Assembly: GCF_006345805.1 (NCBI RefSeq)
Contig: NW_021824684.1
Location: 1 to 45,728 of the forward strand
Source of the DNA: Octopus sinensis
Lineage: Eukaryota
Direction of reading: 5' to 3'
Length of the DNA: 45,728 nt
Shown here: piece by piece, positions 11,678 through 25,245 of the stretch
How positions within the stretch are numbered: position 1 is the stretch's first letter
Layout of the letters: each line of letters starts with the position of its first letter
The notes under the pieces: generated by a model
What the model was told of the DNA's origin: nothing
The model's input: the letters and a program-made list of their open reading frames with translations, nothing else
Databases searched by the model: none
Program-made: the position numbers and the translations under genes

Positions 11678-11977
11678 TGTGGCTGTGTGGTAAGAAGCTT
11701 GCTTCCCAACCACATGGTTCTGGGTTCAGTCCCATTACATGTCACCTTGGGCAAGTGTCATATACTGTAGCCTCAGGCAGACCAAAGCCTTATGAAAACT
11801 GAAAGAAGCCCGTTGTGTATATATATATATATATATATATATTTAAAAATTAGGATAAAATCTTAATAAGAAATCTTAATAAGAAATTATCAGGTAGTTA
11901 GTGTGAAAAACCTCATAAGAGAAAAAATCTGTAAATTTTTCACTTGAAAATATTTATTTAATATTATATATTATATC

Positions 11978-12027
<50 letters not shown>

Positions 12028-12365
12028 GAATATGAGGGGTTCAGTTCCCTGATGATCTAAACCAGTAGGTACACTGAGTAAGAGCTATAACTGGTCATCC
12101 GTTAGGTTCCAAGATCACAGCTGAGGCTGGAGCTAGGGATCTGTAGTAGGCTTCCGGGTCACATATGTGTGTATGTGTATGTGCGTGTGTGTGTCTTTGT
12201 GCCTGCATTTGTCTACCACACCACTTGACAACCAATATTGGTGTGTTTATGTCGCAAAAGAGAATTTATAAATTAGTCCTGAGAACACTTTCTTTGACTA
12301 AAACCCTTCATGGTGGTGCCCCAGCATGGCCAAAGTGTAATGACAGAAACAAGTAAAAGACAAAA
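11678..12365 (+). mobile_element. SINE family A interrupted in its internal microsatellite by other sequence (approx. 11843-12163)
   Basis: 5' part at 11678-11820 and 3' part at approx. 12165-12365. Confidence 0.7.
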
Positions 12366-12616
12366 AAAAGATAAGCAGAATTTTTTTTACCGAAAGTCCT
12401 AGAGAAGAGGAATAAGGGTATGTCTTTGTTTTTTGTTTTTTATTTGTTTCAGTCATTAAACTGTAGCCATGCTGGGTCACTGTCTTAGATGTAAATTCAT
12501 GCTTCCAAACCATGTGGTTTCAAGTTCAGTCCCACTGTATGGCATCTGGGCAATAGTCCTAGACCAACCAGTCTTGTGAGTGGATTTAGTAGATGGAAAC
12601 TGAAAGAAGCCCATCA

Positions 12617-12678
12617 TATGCATGTATGTATGTATGTATCTATCTGTCTGTCTGTCTGTCTATCTGTCTGTCTATCTA

Positions 12679-12720
<42 letters not shown>

Positions 12721-12743
12721 CTCTATCTGTCTATCTATCTATC

Positions 12744-12776
<33 letters not shown>

Positions 12777-12795
12777 CTTTATATCCAGCTAACTA

Positions 12796-12850
<55 letters not shown>

Positions 12851-12852
12851 AT
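12617..12852. repeat. (TCTA)n/(TG)n compound microsatellite following a SINE A head (approx. 12495-12615)
   Basis: Direct reading of the sequence. Confidence 0.9.
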
Positions 12853-12959
12853 GTGTTTCTGTGAGTGAATTTGTATTTGACTCATATTTGCATTGACTTG
12901 CTGGCTTCCCTAACAATTGCAAACCTTGTGCCAAAATTTGAAACCAACAATAATATATG

Positions 12960-13790
12960 AGCATGAGACAACCAGTTGCTGACAACAAGTTCTCATTGAG
13001 AATGGTGTCCCAAGGTTTTGGTAATGACTTAGCCCATAGTAGACACTCCTATTTTGCAACTGAGTATCATGAAAATCAATGATGTTATTCTCTGTTTGAC
13101 AACATGTGCTCCGCTGAGAAAGATCTTGGTTTTGTAGAATTTGATTCTATGTGCCTACTTTGGTCCTTATTTTATTTAAGCATGTTATACTATGATCTGG
13201 TTTTCCATCTTTGTTCCAGAACATAAGATATTTAACTTTCTATTGCATTCTTTCTTTCATAGATGGACTGCAGAAATCCATGTTCTCACAGGATTAGAAA
13301 TTAAATAATTAAATAATTGTCTTTATAGTAATAGCGTAGATTGTTTAAAGCAGCACTCAAGGTTGTTTTGTTGTTACTGAAACACCCATTCTTTGGTTTA
13401 CTATACATTAATCATCATCATGAATAAAGTGCTTGTTATTAGCATCTTCGGTTGATCATTTGTGTAGATGTTGAACAACAATGAAGCCAGTAAATTACCC
13501 TGAGGTAAATCGCTTCGTAATTTTCTTATGCAGATCTTATTATTCAGCATGACAAAGAAGCATTTATTTCCTCTCACAACACCAATAAACCACATGAGAT
13601 CTATATCATTTCTTCAATAAATTTTATCTCTTTCTTTACGATAAGTGGTGATTAGCTGTATGGTAAGCCATAGTGAGATCAACGAAAACAGCTCCTGTAA
13701 TTTTCCTTTGTTCAAAGCCATCCTTTATATACTGAGTGAGATTAAACAGTTGGTGCATGGTTGACTTTCCAGAATAGAATCCAGCTTGGG
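12960..13790 (-). mobile_element. Decayed non-LTR retrotransposon RT fragment (possibly Ingi/Vingi-like)
   Basis: Minus strand gives QLFNLTQYIKDGFEQRKITGAVFVDLTMAY and LPQGNLLASLLFNIYTNDQP, typical non-LTR RT motifs. Confidence 0.8.
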
Positions 13791-14168
13791 ATTCACTTAT
13801 TTATTTATTTATTTATTCCTTTATTTATCAATTTATTCTTCTTTTTTTAATAAGGTGTTATTCAATAACGACTGAGATTCTTTTTACAATTAATCACTCA
13901 AAAAGCTGACAAAACAGGAATGCCAGTCAGAAACTCTTTGCTTGAGATGAATCTTTCTGATTTAAGAAGCATTATTACTGTGCCTTTTCTGTGGCCCTTT
14001 GGTTTGAAGTTGAGCAGTTATATTTATGCTTCATATCAAAAGTATTCTAACTTCTCCATAAAGTTGACAAGACCGTATAAAAAGATCCTTGTAAAACTGC
14101 AATTTGATTTGTGATAAGGACAGTTTGCAGTAATGTGATATTCTCTTTCTATTCTCATTTTATCACAG

Positions 14169-14567
14169 ACTAGCAGTATCGCCCGGCGTTGCTCGGGATT
14201 GTAAGGGAAATAACTATATAAGCATTTTTAGAGAGTTACTTCCCTTATATAATAGCAAGAAAATGCATTAAAAATGGGAAAAAATTATGGTAAATTTTTT
14301 TTGAGAGTTAAAAAGGTCGAGTTGCATCCCCTAGACAGTCTGTGGTTTGTGTTTCTGATTCTCGACCCCATGTCGAATTTATCGATTTTTTTCAGAACTG
14401 GGGGAACTTTTCAAAATTATCGCTGCGTTAGTTTTGAATTATGACATTGGGCTATGTGTGTGTCAAGTTTCATCAGAATCGGTTGAAAGCCGTGGTCAGG
14501 GTGAGGGTACAACCTAACAGACACACAGACACGCAGACAGACAAACTGCCGTTTATATATAGAGAGA
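14169..14567 (+). mobile_element. Non-autonomous Helitron/Helentron-like element
   Basis: Starts ACTAGCAGTATCGCCCGGCGTTGCTCGGG (subterminal hairpin) and ends (CAGA)n...TTTATATATAGAG. Related copy at 23124-23529. Confidence 0.65.
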
Positions 14568-14674
14568 TTTTGAATGAGATGCAACATGTTTTGACTGCTT
14601 TTACCCACAGTTATGGATTTCTAAGCTTGTCACTGAACTAAGAGAAAACATAAAAAAAGAAACCGGTTTTAAGA

Positions 14675-14890
14675 AGCCTTTCTACTACAGGCACAAGGCC
14701 TGAAATTTTATTTTTGTGGGGATGCTAATTGATTATATCAATCTCAGTGCACAACTGGTACTTATTTCATTGACCCTGAAAGGATGAAAGGCAAAGTCGA
14801 CCTTGGTGGAATTTGAACTTGGAACATAAGGGCAAATAAATGCCACCAAGCGTTTTGCCTGGCATGTAAATAATTCTGCCAGCTTACCAC
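14675..14890 (-). mobile_element. SINE family B-related, diverged
   Basis: GACCCTGAAAGGATGAAAGGCAAAGTCGACC core in reverse orientation. Confidence 0.75.
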
Positions 14891-15049
14891 TTTAAAAACC
14901 AGCAGTAATAATATTCTCTGAAAATCGATCAATTTCAAATATTAGTTATTTTCTCTATATAACATGAAGTTTTCCTTTGTAGGTCCATGTATTCATTTTC
15001 ACAAATGTGGAGTATGTTTTTTTTTTCTTTATTTTCCTTTCATCTTTTA

Positions 15050-15239
15050 CTTGTGGTCATGTTGGGGCAATGCCTTGAAGAATTTTTGTGGAATGAATCA
15101 ACTACAGTACATTTCTTTTTTAAACCTGGTACTTATTGCATCATTCTCTTTTGCCAAACTGCTAAGTTATGAGGATGTAAACGCACCAGCACCAGTTGTC
15201 AAGCAATGGTGGGGGAACAACACATATACATATGTGTGT

Positions 15240-15274
<35 letters not shown>

Positions 15275-15445
15275 TGTATATATACGCATGATGAACTTTC
15301 AGTTTCATCAACCAAATTCACTCACAAAGTTTTGGTCGACCTGAGGCAATAGAAGACACTTGCCCAAGGTGCCACACAGAGGGACTGAACATCGAACTAT
15401 GGGGTTGGAAAGCAAGCTTCTTACCACCCAGCAATGTCTGCACCT
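15050..15445 (-). mobile_element. SINE family A, diverged
   Basis: Reverse-complement similarity to 1191-1600. Confidence 0.8.
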
Positions 15446-15449
15446 ATAT

Positions 15450-15992
15450 TTTGGAGGCAGTGTGGCATTGGGCCAATAACAAATGACTGAGAACTTTGAC
15501 AATATGTTATGCTTGAGTAGAAGACCCATCCAACCAAGTGAAATCGTAGTTGTGGCAGATACTGGAGTCATGCAACTGACACCTGTGCTGGTGGCACATA
15601 AAAGCACCCATTACACTCACTGAGGAAGGTCGTCCAGCCATAGAAATCATGCCAAACCAGTCTGGAGTCCGGTGCAGTCCTTCAGCTTACCAGTCCTGGT
15701 CAAACCTCTTTCTTTACTACCCACAAGGGGTTACACACAGAGGGAACAAACAAGGACAAACAAACGGATTAAGTCGATTACATCGACCCCAGTGCATAAC
15801 TGGGACTTATTTAATCGACCCCAAAAGGATGAAAGGCAAAGTCAACCTCGGCTGAATTTGAACTCAGAACGTAGTGGCAGACGAAATACCGCTTAGCATC
15901 TCGCCCGGCGTGATAATGTTTTTGCCAGTTCGCTGCCTTGGTCAAACCGTCCAATCTATGCTGGCATAGACAACGGACAGTAAATGATGATG
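15450..15992 (+). mobile_element. RTE LINE 3' end fragment interrupted by a SINE B
   Basis: GGTGGCACATAAAAGCACCC...GTCCAATCTATGCTGGCATAG...TAAATGATGATG. Confidence 0.7.
15707..15938 (-). mobile_element. SINE family B monomer, 10-bp TSD
   Basis: TSD TGGTCAAACC at 15697-15706 and 15939-15948. Confidence 0.88.
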
Positions 15993-16369
15993 TATTCCAA
16001 GATTTGGACTGAATTTTTACAATAGCAGGAGTTATGGATTTTAGTTTTTGTCACAGGGAGTTTCATGTCATGGTAGTACTTCATAAAACCTCATTCTTCT
16101 CTCTTGGGTACTGGTATTATACAACCCTCTCTCCCCAAATATCTATTGCCTTTTGTTGGAATAGAACATTGTAGGCCTACAGGAGCACATTGTCGAAATT
16201 CTTCTAGTTTGTAGATCTGTCAGGGACGCTATGCAGACCACAAGCTCTACAATTCTGGATTGAACTGAGGGTATTTGTAGTTCATCATGGAGGAGGAAAC
16301 CATCTTTATTGTTAAAGGTAGTATTGATCTAGTTTTCCATGAAGAAATCAACGTTCACTTATATATATA

Positions 16370-16444
<75 letters not shown>

Positions 16445-16464
16445 GTATATATATATATATACCT

Positions 16465-16600
16465 AAAAATTAGAAATAGCAGTCAAGACTGTTTATTTCT
16501 ATTTTCTACAAGTGGGACTCCACACACGACATATCCCTGTAATTCACATTTCTAATTTTTCGGTATGCGGCCAAGCAACCTGTTGCCTGCCCCATTTCTT
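16465..16600. mobile_element. Partial copy of the 3679-3860 foldback element
   Basis: Near-identical in reverse orientation and embedded in (TA)n. Confidence 0.85.
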
Positions 16601-16632
16601 ATATATATATATAGATATATATATATATATAT

Positions 16633-19028
16633 CTCGCTCAGAGTAAAAGGCAGGACAGACTGTATGATGCCTGTGTACGTACAGCCATGCTACATGGTAG
16701 TGAAACATGGGCCGTGACTGCTGAGGATAGCGTAAGCTCGCAAAGAAATGAAGCCAGTATGCTCCGATGGATGTGTAATGTCAGTGTTTATAATCGTCGA
16801 GTGTAAGTTCCTTGAGAGAAAAGTTTGAACCTAAGAAGCATCAGTTGTGGTGTGCAAGAGAGACGGCTGCGCTGGTGGTCATGTGACGAGAAAGGATGAA
16901 GATAGTTGTGGCAAAAGTGCTACACCTAGCAGTGAGGGAACATGTGAAGAGGGACCAGGAAACCCTGGGACGAGGTGGTGAAGCACGACCTTCGAACTTT
17001 AGAAATGTCTAGAGACCGAGACCTATGGAAGTATGCTGTGCGTGAGAAGGACCGGCAAGACTAGTCAGGTCATAACCGTGGCCCCTACCTGGGACGTAGT
17101 CAGTCCACTGTGCAACCTTCCTTCTTGTGACACTTGTGAAGACCTGTTGAGGCAAGTGAAAATCAAATCAAAACAAATAAAATAGATGAACATCAATGGA
17201 ATTTGTATCTTTGTGGTACCAGTGCCGGTGGCACACAGAGGAAAACCATCCGAAAGTGGCCGTAGCCAGTACCGCATCGACTGGCCTCCGTTCTGTGGGC
17301 ACATGACAAACACCATCCGATCGTGGCGTTCGCCAGCCTCATCTAGCACCGGTGCTGGTGGCACATAAAACACCATCGAAGACCCGGCAAGACTAGTCAG
17401 GCCATAACCCATGGCCCTACCTGGGACGTAGTCAGTCCACCTGTGCATGACCTTCCTTCTTGTGACACTTGTGAAGACCTGTTGAGGCAAGTGAAAATCA
17501 ACAAAATCAAAAATCAAAACAAATCAAAATAGATGTGAAGACCGCTGAGGCAAGTGAAAATCAAAATCGCAAAACAAATCAAAATAGAGGACATCAATGG
17601 AATTGTATCTTTGTGGTACCAGTGCCCGGTGGCACACAAGAAAAACCACCCGAACGTGGCCGTAGCCAGTTCCGCATCGATGGCCTCTGTGCTGTGGGGG
17701 GCACAACAAAACACCATCCGATCGTGGCCGTTCGCCAGTCCTCATCTGGCACCTGTATCGGTGGCACATAAAAACACCATCGAAGACCGGAGACGTAGTC
17801 AGTCCACCTGTGCATACCTTCCCTCTTATGACACTTGTGAAGACCTGTTGAGGCAAGTGTGTGACACTTGTGAAGACTGTTGAGGCAAGGCAAGGCAAGT
17901 GTGTGACAGTTGTGAAGACTGTTGAGGAGAGGCAAGTATGTGACACTTTGTAAGACTGTTGAGGCAAGTGAAAAATCAAAATCAAACCAAATCAAAATAG
18001 ATGAACATCAATGGATTTGTATCTTTGTGGTACCAGTAACGGTGGCAACAAAGAAAACCATCCGAACGTGGCCGTAGCCAGTACGCATCGACTGGCCTCC
18101 GTGCTGTGGGCACAACAAACACCATCCGATAGTGGCCGTTCGCCAGCCTCATCTGGCACCTGTGTCGGTGGCACTAAAAACACCATACGAAGACCCGACG
18201 GACGTAGTCAGTCCCCTGTGCATACCTTCCTTCTTATGACACTTGTGAAGACCTGTTGAGGCAGCGTGTGACACTTGTGAAAGACTGTTGAGGCAGAGGC
18301 AAGTGAGTGACACTTGTGAAGACCTGTTGAGGCAGAGGCAAGTGTGTGACACTTGTGAAGACCTGCTGAGGCAAGTGAAAATCAAAACCAAATCAAAATA
18401 GATGAACATCAATGGAATTGTATCTTTGTGGTACCAGTACCGGTGGCACACAAACCATCCGAACGTAGTCGTAGCCAGTACCGCATCGACTGGCCTCTGT
18501 GCTGTGGGCACATAACAAACACCATCCGTCGTGTGGCCCCTACCTGGGACGTAGTCAGTCCACCTGTGCATACCTTCCTTCTTGTGACACTTGTGAAGAC
18601 CTGTTGAGGCAAGTGAAAATCAACAAATCAAAAAATCAAAACAAATCAAAATAGATGTGAAGACCTGCTGAGGCAAGTGAAAAATCAAACCAAATCAAAA
18701 TAGATGAACATCAATGGAATTTGTATCTTTGTGTACCAGTGCCGGTGCACACAAGAAAACCATCGAACATGGCTGTAGCCAGTACCGCATCGACTGGCCT
18801 CTGTGCTGGGGGCAAATAACAAACGCCATCGATCGTGGCCGTTCGCCAGCCTCATCTGGCACCTGTCCGAAGACCCGGCAAGATATAGTCAGGCCATAGC
18901 CCGTGGCCCCTTCCTGGGACGTAGTCAGTCCACCTGGGCATACCTCTTTCTTATGACACTTGTGAAGACCTGTTGAGGCAAGTGCTAATCAAATCAAATG
19001 ACACTTGTGAAGGCCTGTGAGGCAAGTG

Positions 19029-19067
<39 letters not shown>

Positions 19068-19925
19068 TAAATCATAATCAAATCAAATCAAAACAAATCA
19101 AAATAGATGAACATCAATGGAATTGTATCTTTGTGGTACCAATGCCGGTGGCACACAAGAAAACCATCCGAACGTGGCGTTAGACAGTACCACATCGACT
19201 AGCCTCCGTGCTGTGGGCACGTAACAAACACATCTGATCGTGGCCGTTCGCCAGCCTCATCTGGCACCTGTGTTGGTGGCACAACACCATCCAAAAGACC
19301 GCAAGACTAGTCAGGCCATAACCGTGGCCCCTACCTGGGACGTAGTCAGTCCACCTGTGCATACCTTCCTTCTTATGACACTTGTGAAGACCTGTTGAGG
19401 CAAGTATGTGACACTTGTGAAGACCTGTTGAGGCAAGTGAAAATCAAAAAAAATCAAACCAAATCAAAATAGATGAACATCAATGGAATTTGTATCTTTG
19501 TAACGTGGCCGTAGCCAGTACCGCATCAACTGGCCTCCATGCTGTGGGCACGTAACAAGCACCATCCGATCGTGGCCGTTCGCCAGCCTCATCTGGCACT
19601 GTGTCGGTGTGGCACATTAAAAACACCATCCGAGCGTGGCCGTCTGCCAGCCTCGTCTGACACCTGTGCGGTGGCACATAAAAAACACCATCCGAGTGGC
19701 CGTTCGCCAGCCTCGTCTGGCCCACCTGTGCGGTGGCACATAAAATCACCCACTACACTCGGAGGAGTGGTTGGGGTTGGCGTTAGGAAGGGCATCCAGC
19801 TGTAGAAACACTGCCAGATCTGACTGGCCTGGTGCAGCCTTCGGCTCCGGACTCCAGTTGAACCGTCCAACCATGCTAGCATGGAAAGCGGACGTTAAAT
19901 GAGGATGATGATGATGATGATGATA
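16633..19925 (+). mobile_element. 5'-truncated RTE-clade LINE: ORF C-terminus (approx. 16633-17064) plus tandemly expanded 3' UTR and (GAT)n tail
   Basis: Frameshifted translation SLRVKG..RLYDACVRTAMLHGSETWAVTAED..RNEASMLRWMCNVSV..VQERRLRW.GHV..KPWDEVVKHDLRTL. The UTR consists of about 7 imperfect units and ends CCATGCTAGCATGGAAAGCGGACGTTAAA..(GAT)n. Confidence 0.88.
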
Positions 19926-19968
19926 TATATATATATGTATGTATATGTATATATATGTATATGTGTGG

Positions 19969-20007
<39 letters not shown>

Positions 20008-20177
20008 ATGTATATGTATATATATATATATACTTACCTGCAAACATACATACATACATTCATACATACAAAAATATATACATTCATACACATATGTTAC
20101 ATATGTATATATGCTTGTGTATATATATTTGAATATGTATAAGAATATCCATACATACACACACATATAAATACACA

Positions 20178-20238
<61 letters not shown>

Positions 20239-21240
20239 CACACACACACACATGCATACATACACATATATAGCCAATTACACACATTTAATAGTTAAAT
20301 ATTATAGTCAATGATTTTTACATTGGTTTCTCAAATATGTTATCATTGCTGGAAAACCATTAATTGTTGGGTACTGGGGAAGAATATGCTGTGTAAAAAT
20401 TACATTCTTCAATGAATATGGCAGTGGAGTGAGTAGAGATTGTATTGTTTAAATTCTAGGAAATTAATGTAAGTTATATAGCTGACAGATGTAATTCATT
20501 GTTATATTGGAATAATAGTTGTAAAAGGGAAAAACAGAATGGTTTGTTTTCTTCCTCTTCTTTTTACCCAATCATTTCCATGTTTAGTGTATTTATCTAC
20601 ATTTATTTAATGTTATATACATTGATTCATATACATATATATATGTATATATATATATATATTATATATGAATCAATGTATATATAATTATATATAATAT
20701 ATATATATTATTATATATATATATATATATATATTATATAGCTGTATGGTGTATTTGTATGGGTTTTATATATATATATTTGAATCAATGTATTTATCTA
20801 TAGCTGTATGGTGTATTTGTTGTGAGTGTAATTATATGTATATTTATAGCTGTATGTGTGTATTTGTATGTGTTTATATATATATGAATCAATGTATATA
20901 TATATCTATAGCTGTATGTGTGTATTTATATGTGTGTATATATATGTATGTATGTATGTGTGTATGTGTGTATGTATGTATGTATGTATGTATTTATGTA
21001 TGTATGTATGTATGTATGTATGTATGTATGTATGTATGTATGTATGTATATGTATATTTATTAATTTTGTATTTATTTATCTATTTATTTTGTCAGTTAT
21101 TATTTATAATTTATATTTTTCCAAAGGTTGTTTTAATTACTTGGATGCTTGTATGCGTTTATGTTTACATATATATGAGAGTATGTGTGTGTGTGTGTGT
21201 GCTCATTAGTGTGTGCTTTTATGTGTGTGTGTGTGTGCCT
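19922..21240. repeat. Compound (TA)/(CA)/(TATG)/(TG) microsatellite fields separated by short unique DNA
   Basis: Direct reading of the sequence. Confidence 0.9.
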
Positions 21241-21496
21241 GTCCATGTGTTAATTAATTATATTAGTTTATCCAACTGAATGAATGACAACGTTTCTTGA
21301 TTGTTATTGCAAGTGTTGTAACACATGTGATAGGAGGTAAGAGAATCCTCCTTGTGACTAAAACCCATGATTCTGGTTTCAATTCTCTTCTATGCATATA
21401 TGTTGTTTCTTTTATGTTATTAATGCCATTAAGGAAAACATGATGACTGCAGATACATGCCAATACAATTTCCTTTATTTACACCGTATTCTTTCA

Positions 21497-21925
21497 TTTT
21501 TACTCTTTTACTCTTTTACTCTTTTACCTGTTTCAGTCATTTGACTGCGGCCATGCTGGAGCACCGCCTTTAGTCGAGAAATTCGACCCCGGGACTTATT
21601 CTTTTGTAAGCCCAGTACTTATTCTATCGGTCTCTTTTGCCGAACCGCTAAGTGACGGGGACATAAGCACACCAGCATCGGTTGTCAAGGAATGCTAGGG
21701 GGACAAACACAAACACACAAACATACATGCACACACACATATATATATAATATACATGTATACGACGGGCTTCTTTCAGTTTCTGTCTACCAAATCCACT
21801 CACAAGGCTTTGGTCGGCCCGAGGCTATAGTAGAAGACACCTGCCCAAGATGCCACGCAGTGGGACTGAACCCGGAACCATGTGGTTGGTAAGCAAGCTA
21901 CTTACCACACAGCCACTCCTGTGCC
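21497..21925 (-). mobile_element. SINE family A, full length
   Basis: Reverse complement of the family consensus, with (TTTTACTC)n tail repeats. Confidence 0.9.
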
Positions 21926-21959
21926 TTTATTCTTTTATTAATTTCAGGCATTGAACTGC

Positions 21960-22285
21960 AGCTATCATGGTGAAGCATGATCTTTGAATGTGGGATCTCA
22001 AGGAGATGATGACAAGTGATTGAGACCTTTGGCAATTTGCTGGGCTTGGGAAGATTCGTCAAACCAAGTAAGATTCTTGTTGTGGCTGAGGCCTGTGACA
22101 TGTAACAGCATCCATTCCAGTAACATGGATAAGTTCTCTAGAAGTGGTTGGCATTAGGAAGGGCATCCAGCCATAGAAATCAAGAGAAAGTCAGACTGGA
22201 TCCTGGTGCAGCTCTTCAGCTTGCCAGTTCCAGTTTAATTGTCTAACCCATGCTAGCATGGATAGTGGATGTTAAATGACGATGG
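21960..22285 (+). mobile_element. RTE LINE 3' end fragment
   Basis: GTGGTTGGCATTAGGAAGGGCATCCAGCC...CCCATGCTAGCATGG...GTTAAATGACGATG. Confidence 0.7.
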
Positions 22286-22292
22286 CACTGAT

Positions 22293-22516
22293 AGCTGGCA
22301 GAAACGTTAGCATGCCAGGCGAAATGCGTAGCCGTATTTCGTCTGTCGTTACGTTCCGAGTTCAAATTCCGCCGAGGTCGACTTTGCCTTTCATTCTTTC
22401 GGGGTCGATAAATTAAGTAGCAGTTATGCACTGGGGTCGATGTAATCGACTTAATCCGTTTGTCTGTTGTTGTTTGTCTCCTCTGTGTTTAGCTCCTTGT
22501 GGGCAGTAAAGAAATG
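22293..22516 (+). mobile_element. SINE family B monomer
   Basis: Matches the family B sequence. Confidence 0.88.
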
Positions 22517-23123
22517 TATATTTTAGTAAAGAAATAGATATATATATCATCATCGTCATATATATATATATAGAGAGAGAGAGGGGGGAGAAAGAGAGAG
22601 AGAAAAAGAAAGAGTGACAGAGAAAGCAATAGGTAACTATGATCTGGGGATTCAAGTGTAGGAGGCTAGTAAGATTCAAGCATTTATGCAGCTAGTACAG
22701 ACAACAAATGGTGGACAATTTATGATAAAACATGTTTATTAGCATTATAAGTTGTACATTTCTTCTCATTTCAAAATTAAAAGGAATTTTGATAATCTGA
22801 CAGTCACCATACAGATCATAATTTAGCAACTAAAGCTCCTAAGAATGCAAATGAAAATCCAAATTGTAAGGAATGGGACCTGCAGCACATAGACTACAAT
22901 TGTTTCATAGCAAAGTGAACCATATTTACATAAGTTGAACAAACCAAAAAATCAGTTTAGCTAATCTTCAGGTCTTTGTTACCCTGACATTATCTACATT
23001 GCCACTTAGTGATGAAAAAACATGTTTGTTACAACTTATGTAACAAGCTTCACTTTGCTATGAAACAATTGTAATCTGTGCATTACCTGTTCCACTCCTT
23101 GCCTCTTCAATATATATATATAT

Positions 23124-23529
23124 ACTAGCAGTATCGCCTGGCGTTGCTTGGGTTTGTAAGGGAAATAACTATATAACCATTTTTAGAGAGTTATAGCCCA
23201 AAAATAGCAAAAAAATGCATTAAAAATGGAAAAAAAAAAAAAAATGATGGTAAAATTCTTTTTAAATTGTTGACTCATCGTAGACATTTTTAGAGAGTTA
23301 CTTCCCTTATATAATAGCGAAAAAAATGCATTAAAATGGAAAAAATGATGATAAATTTTTTTTTAAATCATAGACTCATCGTAGACACGCGCTAATACCC
23401 AGAAGGGCTCAATATGAATCACGACTATAAGATACCCGGTTTTGGTTAAACTGCACTGCAAAATGTGGGAGTAGTTAGGAACTAAATCGTAGGAGACAGA
23501 CAAACAACTTCACTTTTATATATAAAGAT
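23124..23529 (+). mobile_element. Non-autonomous Helitron/Helentron-like element
   Basis: Shares its 5' ~150 bp with 14169-14567 and ends CACTTTTATATATAAAGAT. Confidence 0.65.
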
Positions 23530-23574
23530 ATATATATATATATATATATCATATTGAACCGTTAAACCCTACAC

Positions 23575-23712
23575 TTTTTTCTCATTTTTCTCTTCATTTT
23601 TTTCCTCTCAGTCCTTTCCGTCAAAAGGCATAGGCTTGAAATGTCAAAGACTTTTACATTCTTCCAAAAGTGTTAAACTAATATACCTGCTTGTTGTTCC
23701 CTCACCTGTCTT
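23575..23712 (+). mobile_element. Diverged copy of the 3452-3650 repeat with a decayed hammerhead motif (23610-23652)
   Basis: AGTCCTTT CCGTCAA AAGGCATAGGCTT GAAA TG TC AAAGACT. Confidence 0.55.
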
Positions 23713-24519
23713 GCTGTTCCCTCCCTCTGCCCCAAGAAAAACATCATCTCGGACAGTGGAATGTCTATCATTGATGGAGGCACTGATAGTTGAAGAACAC
23801 ATTGAAGGTATTGATAATCCTCCTACATACAAAGCACTGGGATTGGATGGCATTCCACTGGATAGCCATCAAGTGTGCAAAAAGCATCTTATTGCATCAC
23901 CTATACAAACTGTTGTGACAGTGCTGAAAGAAGGAGCAGTGCCATAGGATATATCAGGCTGCAATATTTTTACACCACAAGGCCTAAGGGGATAGAAGCA
24001 ACTGTTGCAATGACAGAGAAATCTCCTGGCTGAGCATCTTTGGGAAGATCTTCCTCTGTGTGGTCCTAAACTGACTGCTAAAAATCTCTGTAAATTAAGA
24101 ATCAAAGTAGCTTCAGGTCAATATGTTTCACAGTTGATATAATCGTCTCCCTACAGCAATTACAAAAGAAATGCAGAGACCAAAAAACATCCACTCTACA
24201 TCACATTCATTGACCTCGCAAAGACCTTTGAACTTGTGAGCAGAGATGGTCTGAATAAAATTCATGTCAAGATTGGCTGCTCTGTACTATTGCATAGGAT
24301 TTTTCAGCCAGACATGAAAGGTGACATCCAGTTTGATGGTGCTTTCTCAGAATCTTTCAGTGGACTGAAACAGGGCTGTGCACTCATACTCACCATGTTT
24401 AACACCTTCTTTGTTATCATGCTGAAACACGTTTTTCATGTATCTGTAGAATGACTGAAAACTTCTGGGTAGCAGTGAAGGGCACACAAGCTTGGTAAGT
24501 ATTTTGATGGTATTTATCT

Positions 24520-24890
24520 CTCGAGCACCATCCGAGTGTGATCATTGCCAGAGCGGCTATCTGGCCTCTGTGCTGGTGGCACATAAAAGACACCATTCGA
24601 GTGTGATCGTTACCAGCATCGCTTTACTGGCACCTGTGCCAGTGGGATCTGTAAAGGGTTCGAGCAAGGTCGTTGCCAATACCGCCTGACTGGCCCCGTG
24701 CCGGTGGCATGTAAAAGCACCCACTACACTCTCGGAGTGGTTGATGTTAGGAAGGGCATCCAGCTGTAGAAACTCTGCCAGATCAAGATTGAGGCCTGGT
24801 GCAGCCATCTGGTTCACCAGCCCTCAATCAATCGTCCAACCCATGCTAGCATGGAAAGCGGATGTTAAACGATGACGTTGATGATGATGA
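24520..24890 (+). mobile_element. RTE LINE 3' end fragment
   Basis: Same terminus as 19740-19925. Confidence 0.85.
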
Positions 24891-25245
24891 GAAGGTCGAA
24901 TAATGATATTTCCCTCTATGCATGATCAAACAGTAAACTGTTGAGTTTGTTTCAATTCAGGGTGGAAACCAAAGTACACAAGGTACTCGTCAGAAACATG
25001 CTAATGCTATTTGCAGATGATATGGCTCTAGCAACACTTGGAAGAGCAATTCAATGCTTCATGAATCGTCTCACAAGTGCCCGTAGAATTTTGGCTTGAA
25101 AATCAGTCCGAAGAAAACAAAAGTGTGGGGAGAAAGCTCTTGAGCAGTCCCCTATCATCACCATTAACATCTGTGAGCAAGAGGCAGCTCATGATTTTAC
25201 ATAACTCAGCTCCATTATCGCAGACAACTTTCTCAAGAGTCTGAG

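Noticed and set aside
12028-12163. CTGATGA (12049-12055) with downstream CTGA motifs as a hammerhead or box C/D snoRNA
   Set aside because: There is no GAAA or helix topology for a hammerhead, no clear terminal stem or recognisable guide for a snoRNA, and it lies between microsatellites inside a SINE.
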